A stretch of 64,000 nt of DNA from Callorhinchus milii (taxonomy: Eukaryota), in contig NW_024704743.1 of NCBI RefSeq assembly GCF_018977255.1, positions 5,892,001-5,956,000 on the forward strand, read 5' to 3'. Shown piece by piece: positions 1 through 12,978 of this stretch; the first letter of the stretch is position 1; each line of letters begins with the position of its first letter. Under the pieces are notes generated by a model, which was not told where the DNA came from, did no database searches, and worked only from the letters and a program-made list of their open reading frames with translations. The position numbers and the translations under genes were made by a program.

Positions 1-351
1 AGGAGTAAAACCCACTATATAAATGTAAAATTATTGTAGGATTGATTCATTAAGCTGTGCATGTTACAATAATAATAATAAAAATAATAATAATAATCCT
101 TGCATTTGATATAGTGCCTGATCGTGTCTTTGAGACGCCTCAAATCACTTCACAGAATATACTGTAAAGTGAATTGACTGTATATTTTTGTCGGCAAAAT
201 GGTTAAGGTTGTCTGCGGGAATCGGGACAGAGATCTGAACTCCCATGAAAAACTAACCATAACTAGTTTTCATTTAGACTAGTAACTTCTTTTAATTTAA
301 GGTGTATCTTACCTGCTGAGGATAACGAGTTCTCTTCTTTTCTGCTTTCAG

Positions 352-466
352 TATGGCAAGACATTATACAATAATCATAAAATAGCGTTGCAAAAGGCTG
401 GTCTGGCATCTCAATGGATAAATCTTACAAACATCGAATCTAACAATACTGCAAGCACCATAGCAG
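352..466 (+). CDS. APBB1IP: APBB1IP exon after the PH domain
   Basis: ttcag|TATGGC...GCAG|gtatgt; YGKTLYNNHKIALQKAGLASQWINLTNIESNNTASTIA. Confidence 0.92.
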
Positions 467-3400
467 GTATGTACATTGCTAAATATTGATTTAGTTTTGC
501 CAATTAAATCGTAATGGGATTTAAATGTGAACGTTAATTGTAATGGCATTAATGAATAAGGAATCCAAGTAGCAAGTGAAGACTCCTTCCAACTACTGGA
601 AATACAACAACCTGTGGAAACGCCACTCTAGCAAAGATTGCGTTGGAGCTGAGTTCCCACAGGTTGCAGTGAATTGTTTCTATTATTTGGGACTTGGAGA
701 CCTCCTTAAGCAATCCCATTACAAATTGATGCAATTTAGACACCAGTATTACTCATTCTAAAGAAAAGACACACTGAAGTGATAACTTATGTTCTCAATG
801 TGTTCGTTGTGATTTAGTTCATGCTGTATTGGTTCTCACAGTTGCTTTTAATAATAATAACCATTACATTTAATATAGCGCCCTCAACGTCAGGAGAGCA
901 TCTCAGAGCCATTCATGGGATTTGCCGTGAAATATGGATTGTGCGTTTTGTAGGCAATTCTTTAACATCCACCTGAACGGGCAGTTTAACATCTCACCTG
1001 AGGGACAGCACCTCCAACAGTGCAGGACTTTGGGATAGTAACCTCGCCCAGAGTGGTCTAATATCCAGCCCACTGAATGAGAGTGTGATGTGTTAATTAA
1101 CATTCTGTTTTTTTTAAACAAAGGAACCAGTCAACGTGTTAATTATCAACTGGTCTGTGGGTGTGCTGGTGGCAGTCCCCTCCTGAAACTCTTCACATTG
1201 ATTGCACCCTCATATGTCAGCCATATCGAACTCCTAAACTGTTGCGTTGTCGGCCAGTTAGAAGAACACTAACTTCAGTTGACAAAAAAAATCAAAGTTG
1301 TTGGTAGCCTCCAATTTAACAACCAGTGTAGCTGGTTTCTCAGCATAACCATTCGGAATAATGTCCATGATATCAGATGTTTGTCTCCAGCACATCTGGG
1401 CATCAGTCGATGTGTTGAGTATCATAGGTTGCCTTTTTTTCAATGCAGATGTTAATTGCGATGTGTAGCGTTAAAACGTCGCATACTGTAACTTTGAACT
1501 CTCTGTAATGTAACGTTGTTGGTCTGAATTACATTTCGCTCAGGCTCAGTTAGTGGCACTCTCAATTAACTGAATAATTAATAAATTAATTAATTAATTA
1601 ATTAATAATGAATACTGAGCCAACTATGCGTTCAAGCCCCACATCGGGACTTTGAGCTCTTCGTTTAGATTTTTACACTTAACAATCCTGGGTTGTCCTG
1701 CATTGGCAGAGCTGCCTTCCTGTGAATGAGATACTAAACCGAGCTCCCGAATGCTTGTTCGGGTCGGCATTAAGCATCCTACGACACCATTCGAAAAGAG
1801 AAGGGAATTTCTCTCAATGTCCTGACCAACCATCCACAGATATAGTTGGCCATTCACTGCATGGGACACTGTGTGCCCAAATCAGCTGGCACATTTGCCT
1901 ACCAAAAAAATAATTACTACACTTTACAGTAAAAACCTATGAAGTGATTTGACAACGTGATAAGCTGCTATATCAAATTCAAGGATTATCATTACATTCA
2001 GTTTTACATGCAGTTTTAAGATGCGATGAAAATATCTTTACGCAACTAAAGGATAATGTCTATCACTCCATCAATCCCTATTGAACATATTTTCCCTATT
2101 ATCATGCAGCTTCTCCTCAGCCAAATGGACAAGCCAAGCAAATGGTGAACCAGGTCAGCTCCGTGATCCCTGATACCTGGAAACGCACGGAGGTAAGCAA
2201 CTTAAAAGAACAATGAATTTGAGAGATGTCTTCCGATCATATGGTTCCTAAAGTTTATAAAGTATATAGTTCCGGACATGACATACGCATTCGACTCTCA
2301 GGATGGTGGGAGGCAAACTGGATGGACCTGGTCTGCTTGCATCTAGCAAATTCTTATCTTCTTATGTCAAAACTTTAGAACATAATTAAACAGAAAATGG
2401 AACAAGCCCAATATTCAGTGGGACAGATTTTGCGTGACATTGCTTGGCTCTTAATCCAAAAAACTTTTCGAACCATCTTGAGATATTGAAACGTTCTGCT
2501 CTCTGCTAACCTGATGAAAATGAGCCTCCATTATAATGTGTCAGTCTGAATAATACTGAACAATAGTGCGCTTCACTCTTGAGTGACTGATGGAGCTGCA
2601 GTAAGTTGTTATGTTGCAGGAACAAGAGGAAGTTGCAATGTAATCTTACACAGTCACTTCATTAGCAGCATGCATGTGCTGTGCTCAGTTCCGTTTCTGA
2701 TTTCTGTACATTTTCTACGTACGACCTGCAATATTTAATATTAACACCCTGATCCAGGTTTGCCAAAAATTCCCATTACTCACAAAAAATCTTTCAAGAA
2801 CAAAGCAATTTTCACACCTTTCGTTAACACCTTTACATGTTTTCCTTGTTTCCTTCCTGCTCAGTGGCCTCTATTGTCTTTGTGAAGCCACTTTGCGACC
2901 TTCAGCCAATGTGAACGGCACTTCATAACAAGTGCAAAATATTATTGTTGCAAACTCACTGGATATTTCAAGAGGGGTGATTGGGGACAGAAATCACACA
3001 GGTAAACATGTCCCCTGTTGGAGCTGGGTTTCTAGGAGACTAACCATTCACAATAGCTGTTGAGTTTAATTGTTTTTAATTATTAATTTTCATGTGAATC
3101 ATAAAAAGGCTCCAATCTGCACTAAACACAGGGAGGGAAGTTATTCAGTGATACTGAAATTACTGTAGCAGTTGATGCCCCATGCATGATGCTGATTATT
3201 TCCATAATACTTATATATTATATACTAACAAATAACATAAATGTTTTTAAGGTGTCTTTAGTGCCTTTATTTATTAGATTTTGCTCTGGGTCCCTCTTTT
3301 CAGCACCTCTCTTGTTCAGTCACGTTTTATGATTGAATTTCTTTGCATTCATTTTTTTAATCCTGAGCTGTAAAGTTTTCGATTAAAGCCAAATACATCC

Positions 3401-6400
3401 AGGGACAATACAACACAAAATTACATTTCTATAGCGCCTTTGACGTCGGGAGGATATTCCAAGGCCTGGACAGTCAGGGATTTGGACCCAAGCTGGGGTG
3501 GTTGAGATAAGGGAGGGTGGAGGGCAGGGAGTGTACGAGGGTAGTCAAAGGCACAGTCGAAGAGGAGAATCTTGAGACGTGCCTTGAAGGAGGCGAGAGA
3601 GGGAGCGAGGTAAAGGGAATATGGGATGGAGTCCCAAAGGGTGAGGGCGGAGAGTCTAAAGGCCCGACCGCTGGACGTGAAGCAGCCTGCTGTGCGGCTC
3701 CTAATAATCATAATAATAATAATAGAGGGAGCAGCCAACTTCAGGACTGGCCAATAAATGTAATGAGCAATTAAATCACTTAGTTAGAAACTTAGGAAGC
3801 TGCCAGTCCCTATAAGAAGATACTAGTGAATGCTCATTAACCAGATGTACTGTAATCCTGAACCGAAATCTCTAATCAACATAATAATGATGATTATCCT
3901 TGCATTTGATAATAATAATAATAATAATCCTTTGACATAGCGCTTTTCACGTCTTCTCGACATCTCAAAGCGCTTCACAAAATAGACTGTAAAGTGAATT
4001 GACCGTATATTTATGGGCGAAACGCGGCAGCCAATTGCGCACAGCAGTGTCCCACAAACAGTCGTGGATTGAAAATGAACAATTTATTATTGCTTTGTTT
4101 TGGAGGGATTATTATTAGGTGTGTGGAGTAAGGAAACGTGCCCAAGGTTTCGCCCTGTCTGGAATTGAACCCAGGTGTCTCGCTTGCAAGGCGAGTGCTC
4201 TAACCACTGAGCTACAGGACTCCTCATATGGAGCTTATGGGACATGTGGATATAGACTTGTTATGTTATACATGTAGCTCAGTGGTTAGAGCACTTGCCT
4301 CGCAAGTGAGAAACCTGGGTTTGATTCCTGGCAGGGCAAAATGTTGGACAAGTTTCCTTACTCCACATGCCTCTGTTTACCTAGTAGTAAGTAGTCAATT
4401 GGCATATCGCTTTACTGGGGGTAATAATTCCTTCAAAAAAATACTAATAATGAATTAGCCACTTCAATCCACAACTGTTTGTGGGGCACCGCTGTGCGCA
4501 ATTGGCTGCCGTGTTTCGCCCACAAAATAGAGACATCTATTGAGACATCTCGAAGATGTGATAAGGATTTTATATCAAATGCAAGGATTATTATTATTAA
4601 AACATCTGAAAGCGCTTCACAGAATATACTGTAAAGTGAATTAACTGTGTATTTTGTGGGCAAAACAACAAAAACATAGGTTCTCCTTATATGCGAGTGT
4701 AAGTAAGTTTGTTCTCACTACTTTTGGAATTGGGGATTTTTTTAAAAATAATTGCCATCATTATGGATAGGGGATCATTTTCAGAAACAGTGCAGCACTC
4801 AAATTATGCAGCACGGTGTGGGAGTGCTGGTTGCTGAGCCGTGCACTGAATTTGAAATAAATCTAAGTTTAGCAATACTCTGCCCTCCCAGCAGTCACTC
4901 AGTCACATGAAGTGCCTTCGGGGCCGCTAATGAGGCCGGGAGTGTGATGGTTCTGCCGATCCTGAAAGCTCCCTACTGAGGTGATGATTCCCGTTTAAAG
5001 GACTCTAGAAGGATTGTGCTGTAGCTACTGTCATCTTGCAACTGACACAAAAGCAGCATTTGCTTAATTCATTAGGCTGTGTTTCTAGCTGCTCCTCTTA
5101 CAAAATCATAGAATTGGGCGAAGCAGGATTGCAACCCTTTGGGGAGAGAGTGCACATTCCATTCCAGTAATCTATCTCTGGGATTTCCACGTGTAGGTGG
5201 GATGCATGGAATTCTCAGTTTGGTTTGGATACTTTTAAGCATGGTGATGAGTTTCCGCACGTGTCAAGACACCCGGCTGAGCAAAACAAGATTGCTTTCA
5301 AGAGGGAAGCTGCCAGGCATATGAAGGAGAGGGGTTTGAAAGAGTCTGGGGATCAGGCGGGGCGGTGGGACTGATTTCATCTCCTTATTCTATGAACCAG
5401 TGCGGATTTGATGGGCCGAATTACCTCCTTTTGCACTGTCGATTTTTATGTTTCGATGTTGAGCAGCAGCTCGAGGGCTAAAATTACATTATGTGTAAGT
5501 GGAATTTGTACCAGGGGCAAAGTTCTGTTTGTAGTGTGGGCCGATGTCCAGACTATGTTGCTCTTTTGCCCTCTTGTTTCCCCTCCTCCCCCCCCCAACC
5601 CAGAATTTTCTGCTCCGCCTGGTTCATCCCTAAAACACGAATGAGGGTGCGGAGTAAGCTGCTACCTCCCAGGCCACCCTTAGAGCTTGCCCTGGCCTTT
5701 GGCACAAAAACTGAGCAAGCAGGGTGAGGAGGGCGGGCACGAAATTCAGTCCATGTTCTAACATGCTGTAGAAGATGCCCTTTAAATGCCTATTTAAAAT
5801 ACCATCAAAAGAGCCGGTATCCTCTGCAAGTCGCAAACATCTGTGTCACTGACAGCAACGACTTAACAAGCTGCAGGATGTCAAGGCAGGGAATTGCAGG
5901 AAGTTGAGACATCTGGTTGAGTGGGCCAGGAAAAACGTTGCCGGTGACTGGAAAATTAACATGTTTCGGTCTTCGCTGCTCGGCTAAATCTGTGTATCGA
6001 AGCCTGACAATGTTACAATTTGTGTTTGATTCAAAGGGAAAGAAGACATATGATGATGATGAGCCAGTTCTCCCACCACCTCCTCCTCCTCCACTTGAGT
6101 ATGAAGAAACCTTGGAATTCAGAGAAGGGGACCTGCCACCTCCCCCTCCATCGTTTGAACTTCCTCCTGTGTCAGCGCCAACCTCCAGAGAGTACAACCC
6201 TCCATGCTCACCGACTAGGCCGGTTCCATGTATGCTGTTGGCTCCTACCTCAACCAAACCAAAGGATCCGGGCAAGAAAATACCCCCAATTCCCCCGAAA
6301 CGCTTGTCCTTTGTGGAGCCGCCTCCTGATTTTTTGCCACCCCCTCCCCCTTGCTTTAATAGCAGTTCTGCCGCAGCGTCCATTCCTCCCCCACCTCCAC

Positions 6401-6591
6401 CTCCTCCTCCGCCTTCCTCCAACCCGTCTCTCTCCAAACAGCCCAACACAGGTCTGAGTAAACCAGCCATTCCGAAAAGGATTGAGAATAAATCTGCCCT
6501 GCCTCCCAGAGGCGGGCCCATAGGCCAGCCAGATATAATGTCAGATCTCATGAAAGTCCTGCAGAAAAAAAAGGCTGCACTGGGGGAATAA
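352..6591 (+). CDS. APBB1IP: APBB1IP/RIAM, 3' part (5' exons lie outside the window): join(352..466,2110..2192,6037..6591)
   Basis: Phases join (0>1, 1>0, 0>stop) with AG/GT sites. Peptides YGKTLYNNHKIALQKAGLASQW, SPQPNGQ, a Pro-rich tail and C-terminal DIMSDLMKVLQKKK match APBB1IP as I recall it. Upstream of PDSS1 as in other vertebrates. Confidence 0.92.
2110..2192 (+). CDS. APBB1IP: APBB1IP penultimate coding exon
   Basis: tgcag|CTTCT...GAG|gtaagc; ASPQPNGQAKQMVNQVSSVIPDTWKRTE. Confidence 0.85.
3909..4223 (-). mobile_element. tRNA-derived SINE, full length
   Basis: Head GGAGTCCTGTAGCTCAGTGGTTAGAGC with B-box GGTTCAATTCC; tail GCGCT..TCAAA..GGATTATTATT; many copies in window. Confidence 0.92.
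4274..4598 (+). mobile_element. tRNA-derived SINE
   Basis: Same family, divergent orientation to the preceding copy. Confidence 0.9.
6037..6591 (+). CDS. APBB1IP: APBB1IP last coding exon, Pro-rich (Ena/VASP- and profilin-type ligand motifs)
   Basis: In frame within ORF 5917..6591; acceptor tcaaag|GGA; LPPPP and DFLPPPPP motifs; ends MSDLMKVLQKKKAALGE-TAA. Confidence 0.9.
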   Translation, partial: GKKTYDDDEPVLPPPPPPPLEYEETLEFREGDLPPPPPSFELPPVSAPTSREYNPPCSPTRPVPCMLLAPTSTKPKDPGKKIPPIPPKRLSFVEPPPDFLPPPPPCFNSSSAAASIPPPPPPPPPPSSNPSLSKQPNTGLSKPAIPKRIENKSALPPRGGPIGQPDIMSDLMKVLQKKKAALGE

Positions 6592-6919
6592 ACTATTGTC
6601 TACTTTTACAAATTGCTCTGGGTCAAATACTTGTGTCCGTTTTTAAATTACAGCATTTACAACATTAAACATTTTACAAAAAAAAAGGGTTACAATAACT
6701 GCCCCAATGACCTAGTGGGAAAAGGGAATGCACATTGCAGCACTAAGCACTAAGGTCATAGGAATAGGCCATTCAGCCCCTTGAGCCTGTTGTGCCATTC
6801 TATCAGATCATAAAACCTCAATTCCAATTGCCCCATATCCCCTCACAGCCTTACCTAATAAAAATCTGTTTGTGCTTGTTTATACAAGTCACAGAAACCA
6901 ATTGTAAGCTTAACCAAAA

Positions 6920-7240
6920 GCTCAGTGAGCAAATATACGGCTCGGTGTGCTAAGACCAGGAAGGTCCCAGATTTAATTATATCTGTCACATTGAGAATGG
7001 GATTTTATCACTTACTGGATCCCCACTCTATCTCGCTGGGGAGGGTGAAATCTGCTAGGAAATGCACAAACTATGGATTTGGTGTGAGAATGAATGAGGC
7101 GCAGCAACTTTGACTGTAAATAAATAGTCGGAACACCCACTAACCACAGGCTCGCACATGAGCCACCTAAGTGACGAACGAGAAAGCTAACAGTGCCTAC
7201 AGAACTGTGTCCAAGCTCGAGTTGTCCCCTGGAAAGGAAG
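6920..7240 (+). mobile_element. LF-SINE-like element, degraded
   Basis: CTCAGTGAGCAAAT..AGACCAGGAAGGTCCCAG..GGCTCGCACATG..GAACTGT resembles the LF-SINE consensus as recalled; related pieces at 32860-32945, 41240-41340, 51545-51740, 52065-52230. Confidence 0.6.
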
Positions 7241-7832
7241 AGAATAGTGGTCAGGTTCTGTTTGTAGCTATCATTAATGATTTGATTTTTCTGGCTTCTT
7301 GACCAGATGGCAGGAAATTCCAGAATTAGTCACGATTTCAGGTTTTAGTTGAGTAATGCCAGCAAAACTATTTGCTAAAGAAACTAACCAATGCCTAGAT
7401 GTAAATGTACCCTACAGAATAATTATTTCCTATTTCAGGAGTCAGACTGAATCAAACTGATGAGCCGAATAACATTATCCATCTCATGTAAATGGAGCCA
7501 GTTTTTCAATGGGTATCATGCCTTTGAGAGAGTGTAATTTGCCTTTCTCTTTAAGTGTTTCCATTCCGAGGTTGATGCAAGACATCCAGATTTGTTTTAA
7601 ACTATTATAGTTAAGACTGACCAATCTAGATGCTGAAGAACAACTCTACATTTTTGAATTTTCAATTGTAAAAGGCTCTGTTCACACCTCTCACTCGTAT
7701 TAAAATGACAACTCAACAAAGAAAGTGTTTAATAGTGCTGAGTCTATAAGTTTTCTCTGTATGATAACCCATTTGTTTTGTAGTGGGCTTGGATCACATC
7801 TTAAGGAAGCCAAACAGCCAGTAGGTTGGCCT

Positions 7833-8250
7833 GTGCCAGTCTGGCTCAGCTTGTAGCAATCACACTTCTGAGTCAGAAGATGGTGGAGACAAGTCGCACA
7901 TTGGGAGTTGAGACTCAAATAGCATAAGCTAACACTCCAGTGCAGTGCTGGGGGCGTCTGCTTGGGGATGTGTCCTTCAGATGAGACGTTAAACTGAGGC
8001 CCTGCCTACCTGTAAAGATCCTATGGCACTATATGAAAAGTGAAGGGAGCTTTCCCCAGTGTCACGGCCAACAAAACTCCAAATAAAATTGGTCACCAAG
8101 TCCACGGCTGTTTGTGGGACTCTGCTGTGCACAAATTGGCTGCTGCATTCATCCACAAAACACACAGTCGCTACACTTCACAGTGAAAGATTGGGACATC
8201 CTCCTGACTGGAAAGACATTACACCAAATGCAAGGATTATAATTAATATT
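7833..8250 (+). mobile_element. Deu-domain SINE (SacSINE1/AmnSINE1-like)
   Basis: GATGAGACGTTAAACTGAGGCCC...AAAGATCCTATGGCACTAT...GGGAGCTTTCCCCAGTGTCACGGCCAAC; related copies near 1540-1990, 30478-30862, 35685-35996, 49510-49930. Confidence 0.75.
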
Positions 8251-10584
8251 ATTATATCCAAGGTTTGTGTGGAGTGGGTGCTCCGTGAACCAAAACCCAA
8301 ATCAGATACCCTTTGTTGGCACAGAAGTGCTACTCAACCACCCCTTAAGCCTCAAGAGGCATCTTGCCCCATTTTGAAAGGTAATCTCAACAGCTCCAAC
8401 CAGTGGTCAGAGAAGCATCCCTTACACCGTGGTGCAATCCTGGCATTCTGTGTGGTGAGGGAGTGAATAGATCGGGTTAGGGGAGTCCTATGAAACTCTG
8501 TCCTATTTGGTGCCAAGCTAAGTCTAATGTGAGCAGCAGCATGTGAAGACAGTGAGAGGTGCCTTAACACACAGTTCAGTGATTTGGGGGTAAATAAAAT
8601 ATGAGTTTAGGTGAGGAAAACATTGTCCTACAAGAATTTCTACTCTAGGACACATTACAATATCATTTTAAATGAGGAATAAAGGTGCCATGTCTAAATA
8701 GGCAGGACTGACTGTACAACATGGCACTTTCTCCAGGGTGAATCTATGCAAAGCCAGGAGATTCATGGAATCATAGAAATTTACTGTGCAGAAGGAGTCT
8801 GCACAAAGCAAAGCATTCATTCAATCCCACTGCATTATCCCCATTCCCCTTCAAAGTTGTACTATTCTCCTGCTATCCCACTTAGCTCCTGTTAACTCTG
8901 CAAGCCAAAGCCCTAACGAGTAGGTGGTTGTAGCTGAACAAGCAGCGGGAAAGTTCGCTGGACAGTAATATCAATGGTAAGCTATGCAGTTTTAGCTGGT
9001 CAGACTCCAGCATAACCCCAACACATGTTCTGCAGTCTCCAAGCCTTGGCTCTCGCCAACCTGCGCTTAATACTTTCTGGAATTAGGTAAGCAGCATGTG
9101 TCCTCCAAGGAGAGAGTGTGCATTCCATTCCAGCGATGTATCTCTGGAATGTCTATGTGTAGTGGGATGCATGGAAACCAACCACTACATGGGATGCATG
9201 TAGTGGTTGGTTTGGGTACTCTTGGTGATGGGTTTCCGAATGTGTCAGATACCCAGCTGACCAAAAAAGAAGTCTGTGCTCAATTAACATTTAACCCTAG
9301 GACAAACAAAATGGTGAGGTTAGAAGGTGAAGGACACTAAAAGAAACACTCGTGGAACGAACATGCATCTTTATGTAATTTACCAAACGTGGAGTGTATG
9401 CTGATCATGGGAAAATCTCATTGAAATCACACACACTGTTGGCAAGGGAACTTCATCCCTTAGTTTCTCCGTGTCGAGGCGGACATTAAAGATCCCATGA
9501 CATAATTCAAAAAGAGAAGGGAAGTTTCCAACAATCCCCCACACGAATTAGACTTCACATTATAGTTGAGAGGACCCAGCTGGTGAAAATGCCTGCTCTG
9601 TTTACCAAGAAACACACTCACTACACTTGACAGTACAGTACTTGTGAACAGTGGTGGTCTGGCTCTCCAAAAGGGCTCAGGATTGTGATGCAAAATGGCG
9701 GGAGGGGGGAAGGATGCGCTGTTGCCTGGGGGCACTGATTACAGGGGTGCTCGGGAGCCAAACATGGGGCCACTCAGGAAATTTCTCAATTTCTCAGAAA
9801 GCAGCCAGTCCACAACTGCACAGATCTGGCAGCATGAAAAGCAAGTTCCTTCATTTCACCAAGCCACAAGTTAATTGCACTTTGTTTTGTAAACCTTCAT
9901 ACAGAATGAAGGCTAGATATAACTTGACTTGAATACAAATAATAATAATAATAATACTATAATAATCCTAGCATTTGATATTGCGCCTTATCAGGTCTTG
10001 CAGACGTCTCAAAGCGCTTCACAGAATACACTGTAAAGTGAATTGGTTGGATATTTTGTGGATGAAACGTGGCAGCCAATTGTGCACAGCAGTGTCCCGC
10101 AAACAGTCATGGATTGAGTGAATAAAGAATAAATAAGGAAATGAATGGATCAGAGGTATGAAACTTCCCAGTGTTACTTATTGGATGAATAAAACGAAAC
10201 AACTGAAGACATTTTGACTCATTTTTCTTTTTACATGGGGTACTGTTTCATGGGTACTTGTCAACATCCAGTCTTCCATCCATGTGTCGTTTATTGTTAC
10301 GTATTTCATTTTTATTATTATATATTATTATTCATGTGTGAGATTCAACAGTGGGTGGTCGCAGCCCATTTGACAGGAGAGCACATCAAACCTGAATCTG
10401 ACCCTCACTCAACATCCACATAAAACAGCATCATCCAGAAGGGATTTCCTCGTGTAATTAAGTCAGCATAGAACTAGTTGTAACAGTAAAATGTAAAATG
10501 TAACAGTAGCAAACGGGTTAAATGTACAAAAAAAAATTAAAAGATAAGATAGAACTCTTTCACCCACCATCAGTCAGATGTCAA

Positions 10585-10906
10585 GGAGTTCTGTGGCTCA
10601 GTGGTTAGAGCACTCGCTTTGCAAGTGAGAGACCTGAGTTCAATTCCAGGCAGAGGGCGAAACCTTGGGCAAGTTTCCTTACTCCACACAGAGCCCTAAT
10701 AATAATCCCTCCAAAACCAAAAACAATAATAAATTGGTCATTTTCAATCCATATGACTGTTTGTGGGACATTGCTGTGCGCAATTGGCTGCCGCGTTCAC
10801 CCACAAATATACAGTCAATTCACTTTACAGTGTGTTCTGTGAAGCGCTTTGGGACGTCCTCCCAACGTTAAAAGCGCTATATCAAATGCAAGGATTATTA
10901 TTATTA
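10585..10906 (+). mobile_element. tRNA-derived SINE, full length
   Basis: A/B boxes, core and (ATT)n tail. Confidence 0.92.
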
Positions 10907-12807
10907 AGGAACTTGCTTTCTGGATCTGGATCAGCTCGCCGCAAGTTGAAATGACAGACAGGTGAATAGAACACTCAACTGGTTTGATCAATTCCAAGCA
11001 GTCCGAGAAACAGACAAACAGGCTGAAGTGGCACACAGGGTCACACTCCTCTCTCCATAACTGTTGATCTGAGGAATTTTATCAATGCATCAAGCTTTAA
11101 AAATACTCCCGGAGAAGGGCAAACAGGAAATGTATTATTTTTAATCTATTTTAAATGAATCTCCGAGATCCAGAAAAGGGAATGTTGTTTGTCGACAATA
11201 TACACCTCCTCCACTGAGGTACTCACTCACACGTCTATTTACTTTCTGCACAACTCCTCAATCCTACACCTGAACAGCCATCTACACAGCCATCTTCTCT
11301 TAAGAAGAGACTCTTGAGGTTAATTGAACAGCCAGACAGCAGCGTGTCCATGAGAATTGCTCTTCACTGTAGTTAAACCTCAGCGTGTCGTTTATATTAA
11401 TAATAATAATCATTGCAATTTGATATAGCGCCTATCACGTCGTTGAGATGTTTTAAAGCTCTTCACAGAATATATTGTAAATATATTGTTTAGGTCGATC
11501 ATTCACTGGCTCATTGGATACAATCCTACTGATTGTACACATAAACATACCAGTTAGGAACATTGACAGAATTATGGCTTGTTCCCAAGATTATTCAACT
11601 CTAGATATCAAGTTGTCCATCATTTGACAATACCCTTGGAGCAAAGGTATGTGAGGTCTCTTTGGCTCCGTGGAGACATGCCTGATAAAGAGAGAGTGCA
11701 ACTGAATCTATTTTCTGTGGTGGACTCAGTGTTCCAATACCCGAGCCAGGTCCGATGGCAATTCTCCAGAGCACTGCTCTTGATTGACCAAACCGCCTAT
11801 AATTAATCATAGAAATTTTAGCACAGGAGGAGGTAACTGAGCTCCTTTGCTGGAGCTCACTCCTCTCATCCCTTAATTTTCCCTGGCGTATCTAGTTCCT
11901 CCACGTATTACTCGTTTGCATGCTGTTGCCCTTTTAGCCTTTAATGTGGAGTCCTGTAGGGTTAGAGCACTCACCTCGCAGGCGAGAGGACCCGGGGAAG
12001 GAAGGCGCAAGGCGGAGGGATTGAGGAAGAGAGTTCCAAAGTTTCGGGTTAGTGCCTGAAATCTCAACAATGCTTCCCTTTAGACTTGACAGAGAGATTA
12101 TACCAGGTCACTGCTTTGCCTCCTTGAAGCCTTTGCTAAGCTCCTTATACGCTTCATAGTATGAAAAACACAGAATTACAGAAAGGAGTCTAAGGTCACA
12201 AGGTGGCGCTCCATTGCTGGAAATATTGCTGATATATTGTGCTCGGAGTTTGCAACAGAACATCCATTCAGGCCGAGAATCTCATGTTGTAACCATATGG
12301 GATCTATTATTTAGTTTAGTTGCTTACCTGTTGTAAACTATAAATCTCCCATTGGTCTCATTATAGAGTTACTAGTGAACTAAAAAAAAAGCTTGAACAG
12401 TGCAAAGCAGAAAGCAGAATGATTCTGATTAAATTATTTGTTAATAAAAGGCAGCACTTTGGTCAGCAGAGAGCGCACGCCGTGCCTGAATATTTTTAAT
12501 TCTATTTTGTTAAGTCCTCTTCAGACAGACTTGGAGAGCTTCCTGTTTGATCATTGCAAATTTAAAGAGCGCAGCAAACTAACACTGAAAGGATTTATAG
12601 AGTCAATGGCCCCTTCAAACAGATTGTATGAAATTGAATCAAGCAGATGGAGAGAACTCCAGCTGTATGAAAATGAGTTAATTTGGTCTTTGGCAAAATG
12701 CTGCTTGTGGTAAAATATCTTGGTGTTTTGTTGGACATTGCTGATGCTGGAACTTAATAGTACCTCAGGGGCCCCCAATTCTTCCAAGATACGTCCAGCT
12801 CTATGTA

Positions 12808-12978
12808 CAGTCAAACATCGTTATAATGAGCCCCCTGGGTCCGATAGAAAAGATCATTATATCAAGGTGTTCACAAGAGTTTGGCCATCAAAGCGGTGCA
12901 AACGTCTTGCCCTGTTGTTGGGATCGTTAAAGCCGGGGGTTTGTTATAAGCGAGGTTCACTATAGTGAGGTTCGACTG
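12808..12978. mobile_element. Tc1/mariner (Tigger/pogo-like) MITE, 171 bp
   Basis: TA|CAGTCAAACATCGTTATAATGA ... TCACTATAGTGAGGTTCGACTG|TA: imperfect TIR with TA target duplication. Confidence 0.8.

Noticed and set aside
5805..6551. 248-aa Gly-rich minus-strand ORF
   Set aside because: Antisense shadow of the Pro-rich APBB1IP exon.
10585..10660. tRNA genes
   Set aside because: The tRNA-like A/B-box sequences are heads of the multicopy SINE and continue directly into SINE body.
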